From: Octopus sinensis
Taxonomy: Eukaryota
Direction: 5' to 3'
Assembly: GCF_006345805.1 (NCBI RefSeq)
Contig: NC_042997.1
Span: forward strand, 212,102,001-212,166,000
Length of the DNA stretch: 64,000 nt
The notes beneath the pieces were generated by a model. The model saw only the letters and a list, made by a program, of their open reading frames with translations, did not search any database and was not told where the DNA came from. Of this stretch, positions 37,871-51,213 are shown piece by piece (position 1 is the stretch's first letter; each line of letters opens with the position of its first letter). The translations under genes and the position numbers were made by a program.

Positions 37871-38310
37871 TTGGAAATGGTTGGACACTGTACGAGTGCA
37901 GAATCTAACAGAGTACTAACAACAGAAATGGAAAGGAAAATTGAGAAAGAGTACATCAGAAGTGTGTGGAAGCTAATGAAGTCAAAGCTAAATGGTCCGA
38001 ATCTAGTGATGTGTTGGGCAGTATCATTACTTAGATACTCGGCAGCTTTTGTAGATTGGACAAAAACTGAATTAGCAAAGCTAGACAGAAGAACTAGGAA
38101 GGAATTCAATATGAATGGAGGACCCCACCCAAGGACAGGAGTAGGAGAAAATTTGTTAGTAGCAGCACAATATTAAGCATTGGGTACTAATTGGATAAAA
38201 GCCAAGTAGATTCACAATGTAGGTTATGCAAATCAAAAGAGGAAAGTGTTACTCATATAATAAGTGAATGCAGCATTCTGGCATAGATAGAATACAAGAA
38301 AAGACATGAC
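37865..38310 (+). mobile_element. Continuation of the R4/Dong-type element
   Basis: KLMKSKLNGPNL..WAVSLLRYSAAFVDWTKTEL..LDRRTRK..HPR, then CRLCKSKEESVTHIISEC...EYKKRHD. Confidence 0.75.
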
Positions 38311-38324
38311 ACCCTAGGGAGAGT

Positions 38325-38343
38325 AATAATAATAATAATAATA

Positions 38344-38382
<39 letters not shown>

Positions 38383-38740
38383 CTTTTCTACTATATGCAG
38401 AAGGCTTGAAACTTCGGGAGAGGGGGTTAATTGAATAATAAAAATTATTATTAACAACAAAAAACAATAATCTCTTTTACTAAAGACCCAAGGCCTGAAA
38501 TTTTGAGGGAGGGGACTAGTCAATTACATCGACCCCAGTGTTTCACTGGTACTTATTTATTGACCTCAAAATGATGACAGGTAAAGTTAACCTCAGTGGA
38601 ATTTGAACTCAGACTGTAAAGATGGAATACATAATAATAATAATAATAATAATAATGATAATAATAATGATGATAATAATAATGATGATAATAATAATAA
38701 TGATGATAATAATAATAATGATGATAATAATAATGATAAC
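38325..38740. repeat. (AAT)n/(GAT)n microsatellites at 38325-38385 and 38630-38740
   Basis: Direct reading of the trinucleotide tracts. Confidence 0.9.
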
Positions 38741-39194
38741 AATCAGTCAACAGCATGATGCCAAGCAATGTAAACCTCAGTTGTCATTTGTCATATAACA
38801 GAGATATTTTACATGAAATTATTCTTTTCTACTCAAGGCACAAGGCCCAAAGTTTTGGGGAGGGGGCCAGTCGATTAGATCAACCCCAGAACACAACTGG
38901 TACTTAATTTATTGACCCTGAAAGGATGAAAAGCAAAGTCAACCTCAGCGGAATTTGAACTCAGAATGTAAAGATAAACGAAATACTGCTAAGCATTTCG
39001 CCCAGCGTGCTAACGTTTCTGCCAGTTCACTGCCTTTTTACATGAAATTATTGATGAAGGACTTGGTCATGTGTTGGCACCCTGATCAATTCCACCCTTC
39101 TGAAATAACAGTGGTCATGTAACTTCTCTATAGTAAGAAGCCTGTTCTGCTCTGGCCCCTTATTCTTATACGCATCATTTTCGAGGTAAAACTA

Positions 39195-39760
39195 AAGGCA
39201 GAGTATTAAATGATGTGAAGTTTCTCTGTAAAATATAAAGTGAAGTGCTTTGAGCCATTCTGAAATCCACGTGTTTTATTTAACACTACAGGTGAGATAG
39301 ATGCTGGTGATTTCTCCAGATTCTCTCAATTTCCAAACATGTTTTGAATACGTTGTGTTTGCTTGGTTGTGGTGACAGAATGACTATTGAAATGGTGCTC
39401 TCATCAGCACGTTGTATACAATGCTTCAACATGCAGGCAGTAAACTCACTGTTTCAGCAGATGCTTTTATTTCCCTTTAGTTGCAATATCTTTGGCATTG
39501 TAGGTCTTAACAGTATTAAACATTTCTTATACTGCTGTAGCTCACCTTCACATTGTTTTTATTGAACAACTGGAAGACATTTATAACTCTTCAGGAAACT
39601 TTTTGCACACAGGGAAATGTTTGCAGCATTAGATTTAACATCAATGTTGCATGGTGGGTTATACCATATAACATTTCTTTCGCAAGTGGTTTGTTGGGTG
39701 GTGACAAGATATGGTCATTTAGTACTGTACATGTTGTTTGTATCAGCTGAGAGATGGCAC
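39195..39760 (-). mobile_element. Degenerate Penelope-like element, GIY-YIG endonuclease region
   Basis: Minus-strand pieces RNVIWYNPPCNIDVKSN, LFNKNNVKVSYS, KHVWKLRESG and QNGSKHFTLYFTEKLHII match PLE C-terminal motifs. Confidence 0.7.
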
Positions 39761-41431
39761 AGTGCAGTGCACTGTGACCCTGTTAGTTTAATCAGAGGGT
39801 AAAGCATTTACTGGCATGCTGATATTTCCTGGTCCCTCTGTCCCGCTTCTAATCACTTTGTACTTTGAAGGTCTACCTAAAATCTCATCACTACTATTTC
39901 TATCTCTTTTCAGATCCACCTGAGTACTTGTGTAGCTCTTCTACAGCAAGAAACCAGTTCTGTTCCGGCCCCTTATTCTTATATGCATCATTTTCGAGGT
40001 ATAGCATCCCTCGCTCAGAGTTTGCAGTCTTGCAAGCTGTACAGCAACCTCACAACTGTTGGTGACAGGAAAAGCAACAACAACAAAAAAAAAAAAAACC
40101 CTCAGAACACTCAGTAAAGTGAAACAGGGAGCTCAAAGAGGAGCAACAGGGAAAGATTTAGCTTCAAAGAAATGAAGCCTTCCACCTGTAATCCATCCAA
40201 CCACACACACACACGAAGGGGAACAGGAAGCATAAAACCAAAATCCAACAAATAGAACTGAAATACGAATGAAATATTTGGCAAAAATTGCTGTAAAAAG
40301 ATAAATGTCACGACATTTGTATGTGAAGCAATTACAATTTATTAGCTAATTAATTTATTAGCTAATGAATGGCTGCAGTAGTTTGAGAGATGTGACTGAC
40401 TGACGAAGGTGTGTTGATTAAACGTGGCTTTGTTAATGATGTTTTCATGACAAAATAATGTTAGAACAATCAGCATTGGTAATCTGTTAAGAACTGTGCA
40501 GGTTTATTCTTACACGAAAGATGGAATTATACAGGTGAATCATACTTAAGCTCATTAAAATGGTTAAGAAAAAATAATAAACCTGTTCGGAAGAATTTGA
40601 ACCATTACAATAAAACTTTGAGGATCATCTGTTTAAAGGTGTGGAATTGTCAAAGAAAAACCTGACTGAATGAAGACGTTCTGCTGAGAATATTTGTTCT
40701 GTAAAAACAAATTATAAGTCAGAACACAAGATTGTTAAGTGCGGAAACAAATATAGAGTCGGGAGACAGAAGAGGATATATTTACCAGAAGCTGTGATCA
40801 TTCGGTGAAATAGCATATAAGGAACCACCAAAGCATCTCTCCACATCCCCCTATGTCCCTCACTCACTGCCCCACCCCTCTACTCCTGAAATTTACTAAA
40901 TCATCTCATTTCTTTCTCATTCTCATCCCTCTCCTGTCCACTGCATCACTATTACTTTTCTGCAGCTCTGCACTATCGGTCATCTCCACCCCCACCCCCT
41001 CCCTGCGTCCACAAACTCATACATCATTGGTCAGCCACCATTCATTATATCTCCCTTCCACTTTCAACCCTATTCAACCTTTACAATTTACCTATCTCGC
41101 CTTCCCCCTCCCTCGTACTTCTCTTGCAATCCCCACCAACCCACACTCATACTCCCTCTGTCCCTTGAGGGTCCACCCACACACCTGTCTTTCCATCTCC
41201 ATCCGATCACTCCCACCTCCCTTCTAAAACATGAGCAGTCGTGTAGCTCCTTTACGGCCAGAAATCTGTCATGCTCTGGCCCTTTATCTCATACTTTTAT
41301 CCCTCATCTTCTGGCAAGAAGGTGCCCCCTTTGGTTTTGTTGTCTTGCAGGCTGTATGGTAACCTTACTAGTGCTGCTGGCACTAAAAATGCACCGAAAT
41401 ATATGCTGTAAAGTGGCTGGGATTAAGAGGA

Positions 41432-41552
41432 GCATCCAGCTGTGTAAACCCCTGCCAAAGTAGGCAGTGGGGCATCCAGCTGTGTAAACCCTGCCAAAGT
41501 AGGCAGTGGGGCATCCAGCTGTGTAAACCCTGCCAAAGTAGGCAGTGGGGCA
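41432..41552. repeat. Three copies of a 39-bp SINE-derived unit
   Basis: gcatccagctgtgtaaaccctgccaaagtaggcagtggg x3. Confidence 0.85.
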
Positions 41553-42066
41553 TGATAGATGGATGTTACATGATGAGAAACAATAAAACAGTCGTCACTG
41601 GAGCAATTACGACCAAAGCCTCACCAGGAGACAATACATTGAGACCACAGAATATACTGGAATTTGCCAATTCTCTGGAAGATGTTTGTGTAGAAATTGA
41701 AAAAGAAATCAACGTAAAGCAGCCAAATATGACAAAAAATGATTAGAACTGGAGAAGAATATATTGTCTTTAATATATCAATTGGTGTTTACTAAAACAT
41801 TGCATGGAAAAATGGTTTAGAAAGCCTGAACCTAAAGAGTCAGAGGAAACAGAAAACAGGGGAGGAGAGAAAAAGAGAGAGAAGAATGTAGGTAAACCTA
41901 TTCTCAATAGTAAGAGAGATCATAGATGAGAATTATAAACAATTCTATATGCAGGAGTCATTCAGTTTTGTGTGTTGCAGTTGAAGGGTGAAATATAATT
42001 TTAACCTACAAACCCAATCTAGGTCTAATTAATTTCAAAATATTTTTCCTGAAACTGATTGATTAA

Positions 42067-42288
42067 CCCTTTCATTATCAACCCGGCCAAAACTGGCTCT
42101 GGCTATGTAGTATTAATGTCTTGTTTTCATAAGTTCTGAATTAAAATCTTCCACCAAACCTTAGTCACAATTTATGTTCCTAACACTAGCTTAAATGATA
42201 ACGAAGTTATTTTACTAAGTTCTTTGTTATATTTAAAGTAATTGAAAGAAATACAGAGCATCTCTACAGAAATATGGTAACGAAAGGG
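42067..42288. mobile_element. Solo piggyBac-type MITE
   Basis: TTAA|CCCTTTC...GAAAGGG|TTAA; same body as the satellite unit. Confidence 0.8.
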
Positions 42289-42711
42289 TTAATGTGATTA
42301 TTTATTACCTTCAACTTGAAATATATATGAACAAATTCAAACTTTATGCCAAGTCATCATGTTCTTCCTTCTCACCTGTTGACGAAGTCATCTATGGATG
42401 ACCATAACAGTAATAACAAGTATAGACCAATACAAGAGCCTCGTTATAATCCCAGAGAACATATTTTCTCAGGTATTTCTAAGTCTTGTATATGTGATTA
42501 AAATATAACCATACCACAACTTAATCTTACATTTAACAGCATGTATACTACAATACATATGACTGGCTATGTATTACTGGGTGTACATTACATATGAAGG
42601 CACTGCATAAAACACTAATTTATTAAAAAGTCTGATGACATTAACATACTTTTTTTACAATAGAAAACATTTCCTAGAAAATATTGAAAACATATAAGAT
42701 AGTGCATTGAC

Positions 42712-42745
<34 letters not shown>

Positions 42746-43904
42746 TATGAAGGTAGATAGATGTTCCTAGAAAATATTATTGAAAGCATAAGATAACACA
42801 ATGATATGTGTATTCCTAGAATATATTGAATACAAAAGATAAAAGTGAACAGAGAGCAGAACAAGACTTGGTCTAAAGGTTAGAGAATAAATATTAATCT
42901 GCGATCATATTCGTGATAATTGATCTTCTACTTCTTCTTCGCCCCCCCCCCCCAAACTATTATCAATGCTATCTGACACAACTAAAAGGATTTACCAATT
43001 AGAAATGAAACAATTGATAACAGCCATTTCCCAAGAACTAACCTGGCAAACAATATATTAGTTTAGCTGTTTGGGTTGGCACTAATGGCTTTTAATCAAT
43101 ATGGTTGTTTCTGAACATGTGGTGTTGGGGGTGAAGGGTATGCGTGTGCGTGAGAGAGAGGGAGAGAGAGTTGGATGGGTGAATGCTTCTGTTTTGCTGA
43201 TGGAGATATGTTTCATGGTGCAGAACATTCTGGCTGATTGCAAATTTGTTTGACAAACAGTAAGAAGAGAACCTTCTAGAACAAACAAATATAATAAACA
43301 TATAAATAAATAGAAACCCAACAAAAATGAGTTCATTTAAAAGTAGACTAAATGCCTGTTGTAGGGCTGAGCTGAAGGATTTATACACAACACGTGATAT
43401 ATATAATGAATGGTGCATATATATATATATATATATATATGTGATAATACAAACACTATGATGTATATATGTGATATAATATATATACTCTCTTTTACTC
43501 TTTTACATGTTTCAGTCATTTGACTGCGGCCATGCTGGAGCACCGCCTTTAGTCGAGCAAATCAACCCCAGGACTTATTCTTTGTAAGCCCAGTACTTAT
43601 TCTATCAGTCTCTTTTGCCGAACCGCTAAGTGATGGGGACATAAACACACCAGCATCGGTTGTCAAGCAATGCTAGGGGGACAAACATACACACACACAT
43701 ATATATATACATACATATATACGACGGGCTTCTTGCAGTTTCCGACTACCAAATCCACTCACAAGGCTTTGGTTGGCTCGAGGCTATAGTAGAAGACACT
43801 TGCCCAAGATGCCATGCAGTGGGACTGAACCCGGAACCATGTGGTTGGTAAGCAAGCTACTTACCACACAGCCACTCCTGCAAATACTATGATGTATATA
43901 TGTG

Positions 43905-43954
<50 letters not shown>

Positions 43955-45919
43955 TGTGCAAAGGTTAGTGTTCTCAATGATGTAGAGGGAGAAGTTCAGC
44001 TTAGATCTAGAAATACAATGGTTGGACACATCATTGTCAGTGTTATATCCTAAAGTGATTGGATGCTTTGGGTTTTAGAAGAAACCCCTTCACCAAGACA
44101 GCCTGACCTTAGGCTGACTAAATCTGTGTCTGTGACCAAGTGCCATTCTACTGACCTCACTGATCCCCACTTTTTTTTTTTAGTCAGAATAAGAAACCGA
44201 AATTTAATGAGAAGAGAAAATAGCAGGGAATTAGTGAGGATGGGGGAGGAGAGATAAGAAAAGGATAGATAGAGAGAAAGGGCAGAGTGAGGGAGTGAGA
44301 GAAAGACTGACTCTTGTAAGGGAAGGAAAATTTAAGGTAGAATGAGCCAACAGTTAACAATGGTCTGTGTAGAAACTGAACCACTAATTAGGAATGAAGA
44401 AGCATTTGTAAAAAAGAATGTCAGAATTTACTAACAGAATGTCTTAATAATGTAACAATGACAATACATCTTCTCTGACAGGGGCCACCATCTCCCCCTG
44501 CTATGAGAACCACTTAAGAAGAAAATTGTTGCAATTTGTCTCACTTCCTTGAAAACAACAGCTGCTTCTATAAGACACTGGTACAAAGCTAAAAATAAAC
44601 CCCAAATACACTCTACATACTGATAGAGTGTAATACATCAGTGCTCAGATCTGTGTTATAGAATGTTCTTGCGTCATTCCAGACAGTCAACAGGGAGCCG
44701 ATGGAAGGGCTGGGTATAAGTGCCAGGTATGTCTGTTGATGATGGGAGATAACACTCCAGATCTATGAGGCTTCTGCCGAGTTGATAACCCCACTGCATA
44801 TTTCAGAATGTGATCAAGGCTGGGGTGGTGGGCATCTAAGCAGTGTCAGCATGATGACAAAGTGAGTGAAGAGGATGTTGGGCCTCCTTTAAAAGTTAAC
44901 ATTGTGACAGTGGTGGAAGGGAAAACAAGGAAGTTGGGACAAAGGTTGATCAACATCTCAAGACATAAGGCTTCACATTTTAGCAACTCGAGAATAATTT
45001 CCATACAAGAAAATAATGCAGTATAAAAATAGGAAATTTAATGGGAAATATTGGATTGGAATACTTATGTCCAGTGTACAAGATGAAAGCTTCAGAATGT
45101 CCTCTCCACCAACCACAGTCTGATGTGGAGGTCATAAATTTGAGCTTGAGATCATACTGATTTGGTGGGAAATATTAAAGAAATGATTATGAATGTTGTT
45201 GAGAAATAATTATTTTAGCTTCTGTGTTCTGGTTGTAACTAACGACATACAATTGTCAGTTTTTGAAACTTTAATTCTTAATATCAGAAGTCAAAGTGAA
45301 AACCCAAGAGACAAAACTAATTTATAATATTTTTATGTTTTAAAATATTCAACCTGGTCACAACTGGTCAACAGCTCACAACAGATTGACTTCTATTTTT
45401 AAATTTGAATCCAAACTTTTATGGATTAACAACTAACATTAGAAATGTCAAAATCTAAAATAGCTAAAGTGTTACACTTTAACAATAAAATATTCTTCAC
45501 TGGAGAAGTCATTTTAAATGGATAACATTTCGCTGTACAAAAGTGTTTGTGTTTTAAGAGATTATACAGTTATTGTAATGTTCTAAATGTACTTAGTGAA
45601 TAAAATATTAAATAACAAACAATATCTGAAAAGGCTTGTCAGTATGTCTTGTGGTCCCAATGGACAAAATGGGAAAGACGTTGCCTTGGAGAGTGCAAGG
45701 GAGATGCACTGGAACAGCCACTCTGACTCATGAGGTTTGCCAGTAGCAGTGAGCAGGGATGTGGCCCAGGGGAGACAGTGGAGGTCTCCACTGTCACAGG
45801 TTCAATCAGGCTGTAGATCCACTTTTAACAATAATAGTTTAAGATTTAACCAGAAATATAACTATATCTGGATATCAGTTCGTTGTTAATTACCAAATGA
45901 ATAACTATCTATCTATCCG

Positions 45920-46330
45920 CTCAGTCGAAGTCGACTCTTGGTTACTCGATGGGTCAGTGTCCTCCAGCCAGTTCTATCCTGGGCTGCTTCTTTCATATTG
46001 GCTATGTCCATTCTGGTATCACTCTTGATGGTGTCAAGCTAGTGGGTTCTTGGTCGGCCTCTTCCTTTCTTGCCACTGACCATTCTGAGCATGATGTCCT
46101 TCTCCAGGGATTTTCTCTGCATAATATGACCAAAATATGTCAATCTATGCTTGGTGATCCTAGCTTCTAGCGACAGTTTTGGCTTGATCTGCTTAAGAAC
46201 TTCTCCATTGGTGAGCCTCGCTGTCCATGGAATCCGTAAACATCTTCTCCAACACCAAAGCTTGAATACATTAATTCTCTTCTGGTCAGCTTTCTTTAGT
46301 GTCCAGGTCTCGCATCCATATGTTGCTAAA
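45920..46330 (-). mobile_element. RTE-BovB-like LINE 3' end
   Basis: ATYGCETWTLKKADQKRI..F.LWCWRR.LRIPWTAR.TN.EVL...YFGHIM...GRGRPR...VTKSRLRL. Confidence 0.85.
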
Positions 46331-49300
46331 TGAATAACATAATTATAAATTTGTTTCTATGGAACTTTTTAATTGGGTAAACATTGATGAAAGAGTTAAA
46401 TACACTCAGTTATGTCACTGGACATAAACTGACAACTATATTACAAACAGTTTAATTATTGTTGCATCTATTTTGCTGACAGATTGTTGTGAATTAAATA
46501 AAAAAATCATTTTAATTTTGCCTTTGGAATGTGAACAAGAAGCTGAGTGAAGATTATATGTGTATTTTTAGAAATAGTGAGAAATGACAGATAAAGTAAA
46601 TTGATGAACCATTCAGAAAGTGTAGAGATTATCAATGACGAAGACATGGAATGGCCGTTTGGCACCATTCAGACTTTTTTTCTGTCAAATGTTTATTTAT
46701 TCCAGTGTTTTCATTTAATCATTCATAATCTTGTAGCTTTGAGATTTTGATTATGGGATTGTATATTTTCGAAATGACATTGAAGGGTAGGTGTTAGAGG
46801 CAGGATCTGGACAGTTAGAAAATGAACAGGTAGAATATTTGTGCTGGATACGGCCGCATTGAATACTAAATGGCGAAAGGACATCTGGTGGTTCAGACTG
46901 ACAAGATGAAGACAAAACAACTGAAAAGCTTTAGGAATTGGCTTTTACATTACAACATGTACAATTCATTCAATAAATATAGATATTTTAGTGATATGAA
47001 TATTTATCTATTCACCACGGTACTTAATCATGATGATGATGATGGTACTTAATGTGGACTTAATTAGAAAAAGTTCCCGCAGTGTCATTAAATACAAATA
47101 ATATATTTACTAAACTTTTAGTTATTCTTCTGAGCAGAAAGAGAGAAGAAGCATTTTTTGTTTTTCTGTTTTTCCAGCTTCAAATATTGGATGGTTGGTT
47201 TGTTCTTCATTGGATAATATCAAAGAGAAATCTACAAATCTTTTTATCCAAAAAGAATGACTCCCAATTCAAGAATTGTATTGAAAAGGTCAGAGTTCTT
47301 TGTGGATGTTTCGTTTTTTCCTTTTGCTATTTTGGCAAAACCATTTCAATTGGTTTTGTTAGCATCTACAGTCCTACAGACATCTTCTTCCTCAGCTGCT
47401 AGTTCAGCTAGTCTTTGATGTTTTACTAAGAATTTTATTCTCTATTTTGGCTTTGCTGCTAAAATGAAGACACTTATTCCAAAACTGTTCCCTGCTCCTT
47501 TCCACCATTCTTTTTCTTGCCTACATTTCCACATAAAGAGTAAGGACAATCTGTCCCTACACAACAATACTAGGAGTACAAGCTAAACACCCTTTCAGAG
47601 TGGCCCTAACAACTACAACGAAAATAACAACATAAGGGTGAAATGTAAGGACTGTCTTTAATGCAAGGTTATTTCTCACTGAGATTGATGTGATCATTAC
47701 CATATTTCATAATAATTACACCTGTCAGGTGTGTCTATTCCCATCCAAAGTCTCAGCAGTCCTTCAAGATTGTAATTCAAATCTTCTGGCCATTTATATC
47801 AACTTGGTTGGATCTCTGAGAAACTACTTTCACAAGAATATGACTTAACTCTTTTATTCATTTCAGTCATTTTTGACTGTGACCATGCTGGAGCATTGCC
47901 TTTAGTTGAACAAATCAACCCCTGGACTTATTCTTTGTAAGCCTGGTACTTATTCTATTGGTCTCTTTTGCTGAACCACTAAGTTACAGGAATCTAAGCA
48001 CACCAACATCGGTGTCAAGCAATGGTGGGAGGACAAACACAGACACACAAATACATATACGACAGGCTTCTTCCAGTTTCCGTCTTCCAAGCCCACTCAC
48101 AAGGCTTTGGTCAGCCCAAGGCTATAGTAGAAGACACTTGCCCAAGGTGCCACACAGTAGGACTGAACCCGGAACCATGTGGTTGAGAAGCAAGCTTCTT
48201 ACCACACAGCTACATTTGTAAAAAATTCTATCATCCTTTCCTGGATTGCTTTCAATGGATTGGGAGACATATTTCTCCATTGTTCATACAAACATACAAA
48301 AAAAATTGATTGACTAGAAAAAAAACAACCAAAAGAAACAAACAAACAAAAAAACATACAAACTATTGTCTCTGTTTAAGACTGATGGTAAACTGCCCTG
48401 GGAATTAATTATTATTTAAACAACGCAAGATAATTAAGATTCTCAAGAAATATGAATACTGATAACGAAATTAATGTACGTTCAAGAGAAGATGCAAAAT
48501 GTTGCGACAGGGTAGAAATTCTTGAAATAAATACATAATAATAATAGTGACATTAGATCCGACACTAAAGCACGACACAGTGCTTGGATCTGTCAGGCCC
48601 GATTGTCTAATCCATGCCAGTATGATGTTTCAAATGATGATGATGATGATGATGGTGATGGTGATGATGATGTTTCAAATGGTGATGATGATGTTTCAAA
48701 TGATGATGATGATGATGATGATGATGATAAAGCATCGATAAAGAATAAAGACAGTGAAAGAAACGATGTTTTAGATGTCATCCTTTGAAAATATGCAAAC
48801 AAGGGGAAGAACAGTATTTTATTTATTTATTTATTTACTTTCCAGTGTATCATTTTTGTGTTGCTTTTATTTTGTGCGGTTGTTTGTCAAAGTAAGAAAA
48901 AACAAACCCACCTGATTGGAATACAAAATATTTCACTGATTAATAATGACTTTCAGAGAAATACTTTAGAATCAGTCAACCCCTTCTCACCAAAAAAAAA
49001 ACTAGGCTGCTGTTTCTACTACTACCATTCACATAATTTCTCCTCTCATCTGTGCAAATAGCTGATGTCAAATTAATGAGAAACAGCAAAACAAACACCC
49101 AGTTGGCAGCTTGCCAAGTTATGTCTCCCATCTTACTCTTGTTTTTGACAACTCTATCCATAATTTAGGTAAAAATAGGGTGTTGAGCTATATATGTTTC
49201 ACTGGACCGACAACAAATGAGGTGTAGGTATATTCATGAACATCACTGATCTGTGCTGGTGGCACATAAAAGAGCACCATTCGAGCGTGGTTGTTGTCAG

Positions 49301-49805
49301 TGCCACCTGACTGGTCCCATGCCGGTGGCATATAAAAAGCACCCACTACACTCTCGGAGTGGTTGGTGTTAGGAAGGGCATCCAGCTATAGAAACCTTGC
49401 TAACTCATATTGGAAACTGGTGCAGCCTCCTGGCTTGCCACTCCTCAATCAAACCATCCAATCCATGCCAGCATGGAAAGAGGATGTTAAACGATGATGA
49501 TGATGATGTAATAAGCTGTGCTTGAGAAGAAAACCCATCAAGCCAAGTGAAATCATAGCTGTGGCAGATACTGGCACCACACAACAGGCACCTGTGCTGG
49601 TGGCACATAAAAGCACCCATTACATTATCGGAGTGGTTGGCATTAGGAAGGGCATTCAGCCATAGAAACCATGCCAAATCAGACAGGAGCCTGGTGCAGC
49701 CCCTCAGCTTACTAGCCATGGTCAAACCCTCCAACCCATGCCAGCATGGACAAATGGATGTTAAATGATGATGATGATGGTAATGATGATAAACAAAATT
49801 GGACA

Positions 49806-50033
49806 CACATCCTCAAGGTGTGTATATTGTTAGTTCGTCATGCAGGTGTGTTTCTGCTCCTTTTACGCGCCAATGTCTGTCTCTTTGAAAAAATAAGGGA
49901 TTTGATGCAAGTTGTCTCGCTTGGCTATGACTTACTTTCAGGTGTTTTACACCAAAGGCATTAAGAATATATTCTCTTACCTAAAAAACACAACTGCCAG
50001 ACGAACCAACAATACACACACCTTGAGGATGTG
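49806..50033. mobile_element. MITE-like element with 34-bp TIRs
   Basis: cacatcctcaaggtgtgtatattgttagttcgtc vs gacgaaccaacaatacacacaccttgaggatgtg (2 mismatches); no clear TSD. Confidence 0.6.
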
Positions 50034-50574
50034 AGTTTGATTTTGTTTAAATACCTCGAGGTACTTCTAATTCATATTTGAATACACACACATATATATA
50101 TATATATATATTATATAAAAAGGCTTAGTAAAATAAATTACTTTGCCGCATACTGAACTCATTAGAAATAGTAGCTAAAAAAAACTTTTTTAAAACTATT
50201 TCTAATACTTAAAGAAAACCTCTCTCATATAGTGTTTGCTCAATTCAACTCACGAAAGTATGGGGGTAAAGACATTAAAAAATCAAATGCAAAGGTTATT
50301 TGAGAACGTACGTTTCAAGATTAGTCAACTCGACATTTCTATCATCAGCTCAGAACTCCTTGGTTTGGATTTGAAAACACTGAAAGTGGGAGCATACCCT
50401 TTCGGCTTCTTATCACTTCTGAAGATCTGCTCGAAACTAACAGTGCCAGCAAACTCAAATATGCAAGCGAAGAATTTCTTGCTCTCCCCTTTCCACCCGC
50501 GTGGGTTAAAATCAGTAAACACTATGCTTTTTTCGGTAAAATCCGAGGCATTAAAAGAGAGAGATGAATTATAA

Positions 50575-50890
50575 TTTCAACAATTGAGAGTAAAATTAAT
50601 TATTATTAATCAATTTCACCAAGTATTCAGTATGCAAAGGGACCATTTAAGGCGAATTCAAATTATTACATTATATAAAAGGGCTTAGTAAAATAAATTA
50701 CTTTGCCGCATACTGAACTCATTAGAAATAGTAGCTAAAAAAAACTTTTTAAAACTAGCGGCAAAGTAATTTATTTTACTAAGCCCTTTTATATAATGTA
50801 ATAATTTGAATTCGCCTTAAATGGTCCCTTTGCATACTGAATACTTGGTGAAATTGATTAATAATTAATTAATTTTACCCTCAATTGTTG

Positions 50891-50893
<3 letters not shown>
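50575..50893. repeat. Foldback inversion with ~135-bp arms and 48-bp spacer; the inner part is also a direct repeat of 50110-50200
   Basis: 50575-50709 is the reverse complement of 50758-50893. Confidence 0.85.
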
Positions 50894-50924
<31 letters not shown>

Positions 50925-50975
50925 AGAGTATTGTAGTTCACTTGAAGCATTGTGTATTGTTTGTAAAGAATAAAA

Positions 50976-51213
50976 ACAATGCACTATAATACAAACAATG
51001 GGCAATTTACCTGTTGTAATTTAGTTCTCCATAGTCTGATATATTTTGGAATAAAATTCCTTCTTCAGATATTCTTAGATGGGGTCGCTGCTGAGAAGTT
51101 ATTCCATCTAAGAATATCTGAAGAAGGAATATTATTCCGAAATATCATATCAAACTATGGATGACTAAATTACAACAGGTATATAGTCCACTGTTTGTAT
51201 TATAGTGCATTGT
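50976..51213. repeat. Inverted repeat with ~107-bp arms and 21-bp spacer, each arm carrying a hammerhead-like core
   Basis: 50976-51082 pairs with 51104-51213. Confidence 0.85.
51114..51150 (+). ncRNA. Minimal hammerhead motif in the right arm of an inverted repeat
   Basis: atat CTGAAGA a ggaat-att-attcc GAAA TAT C atat: palindromic ATAT stem III, AUC triplet, 4-bp stem I. Confidence 0.6.

Noticed and set aside
50412-50445. CTGAAGA tctgctc GAAA motif
   Set aside because: Stem II cannot form and position 17 would be G.
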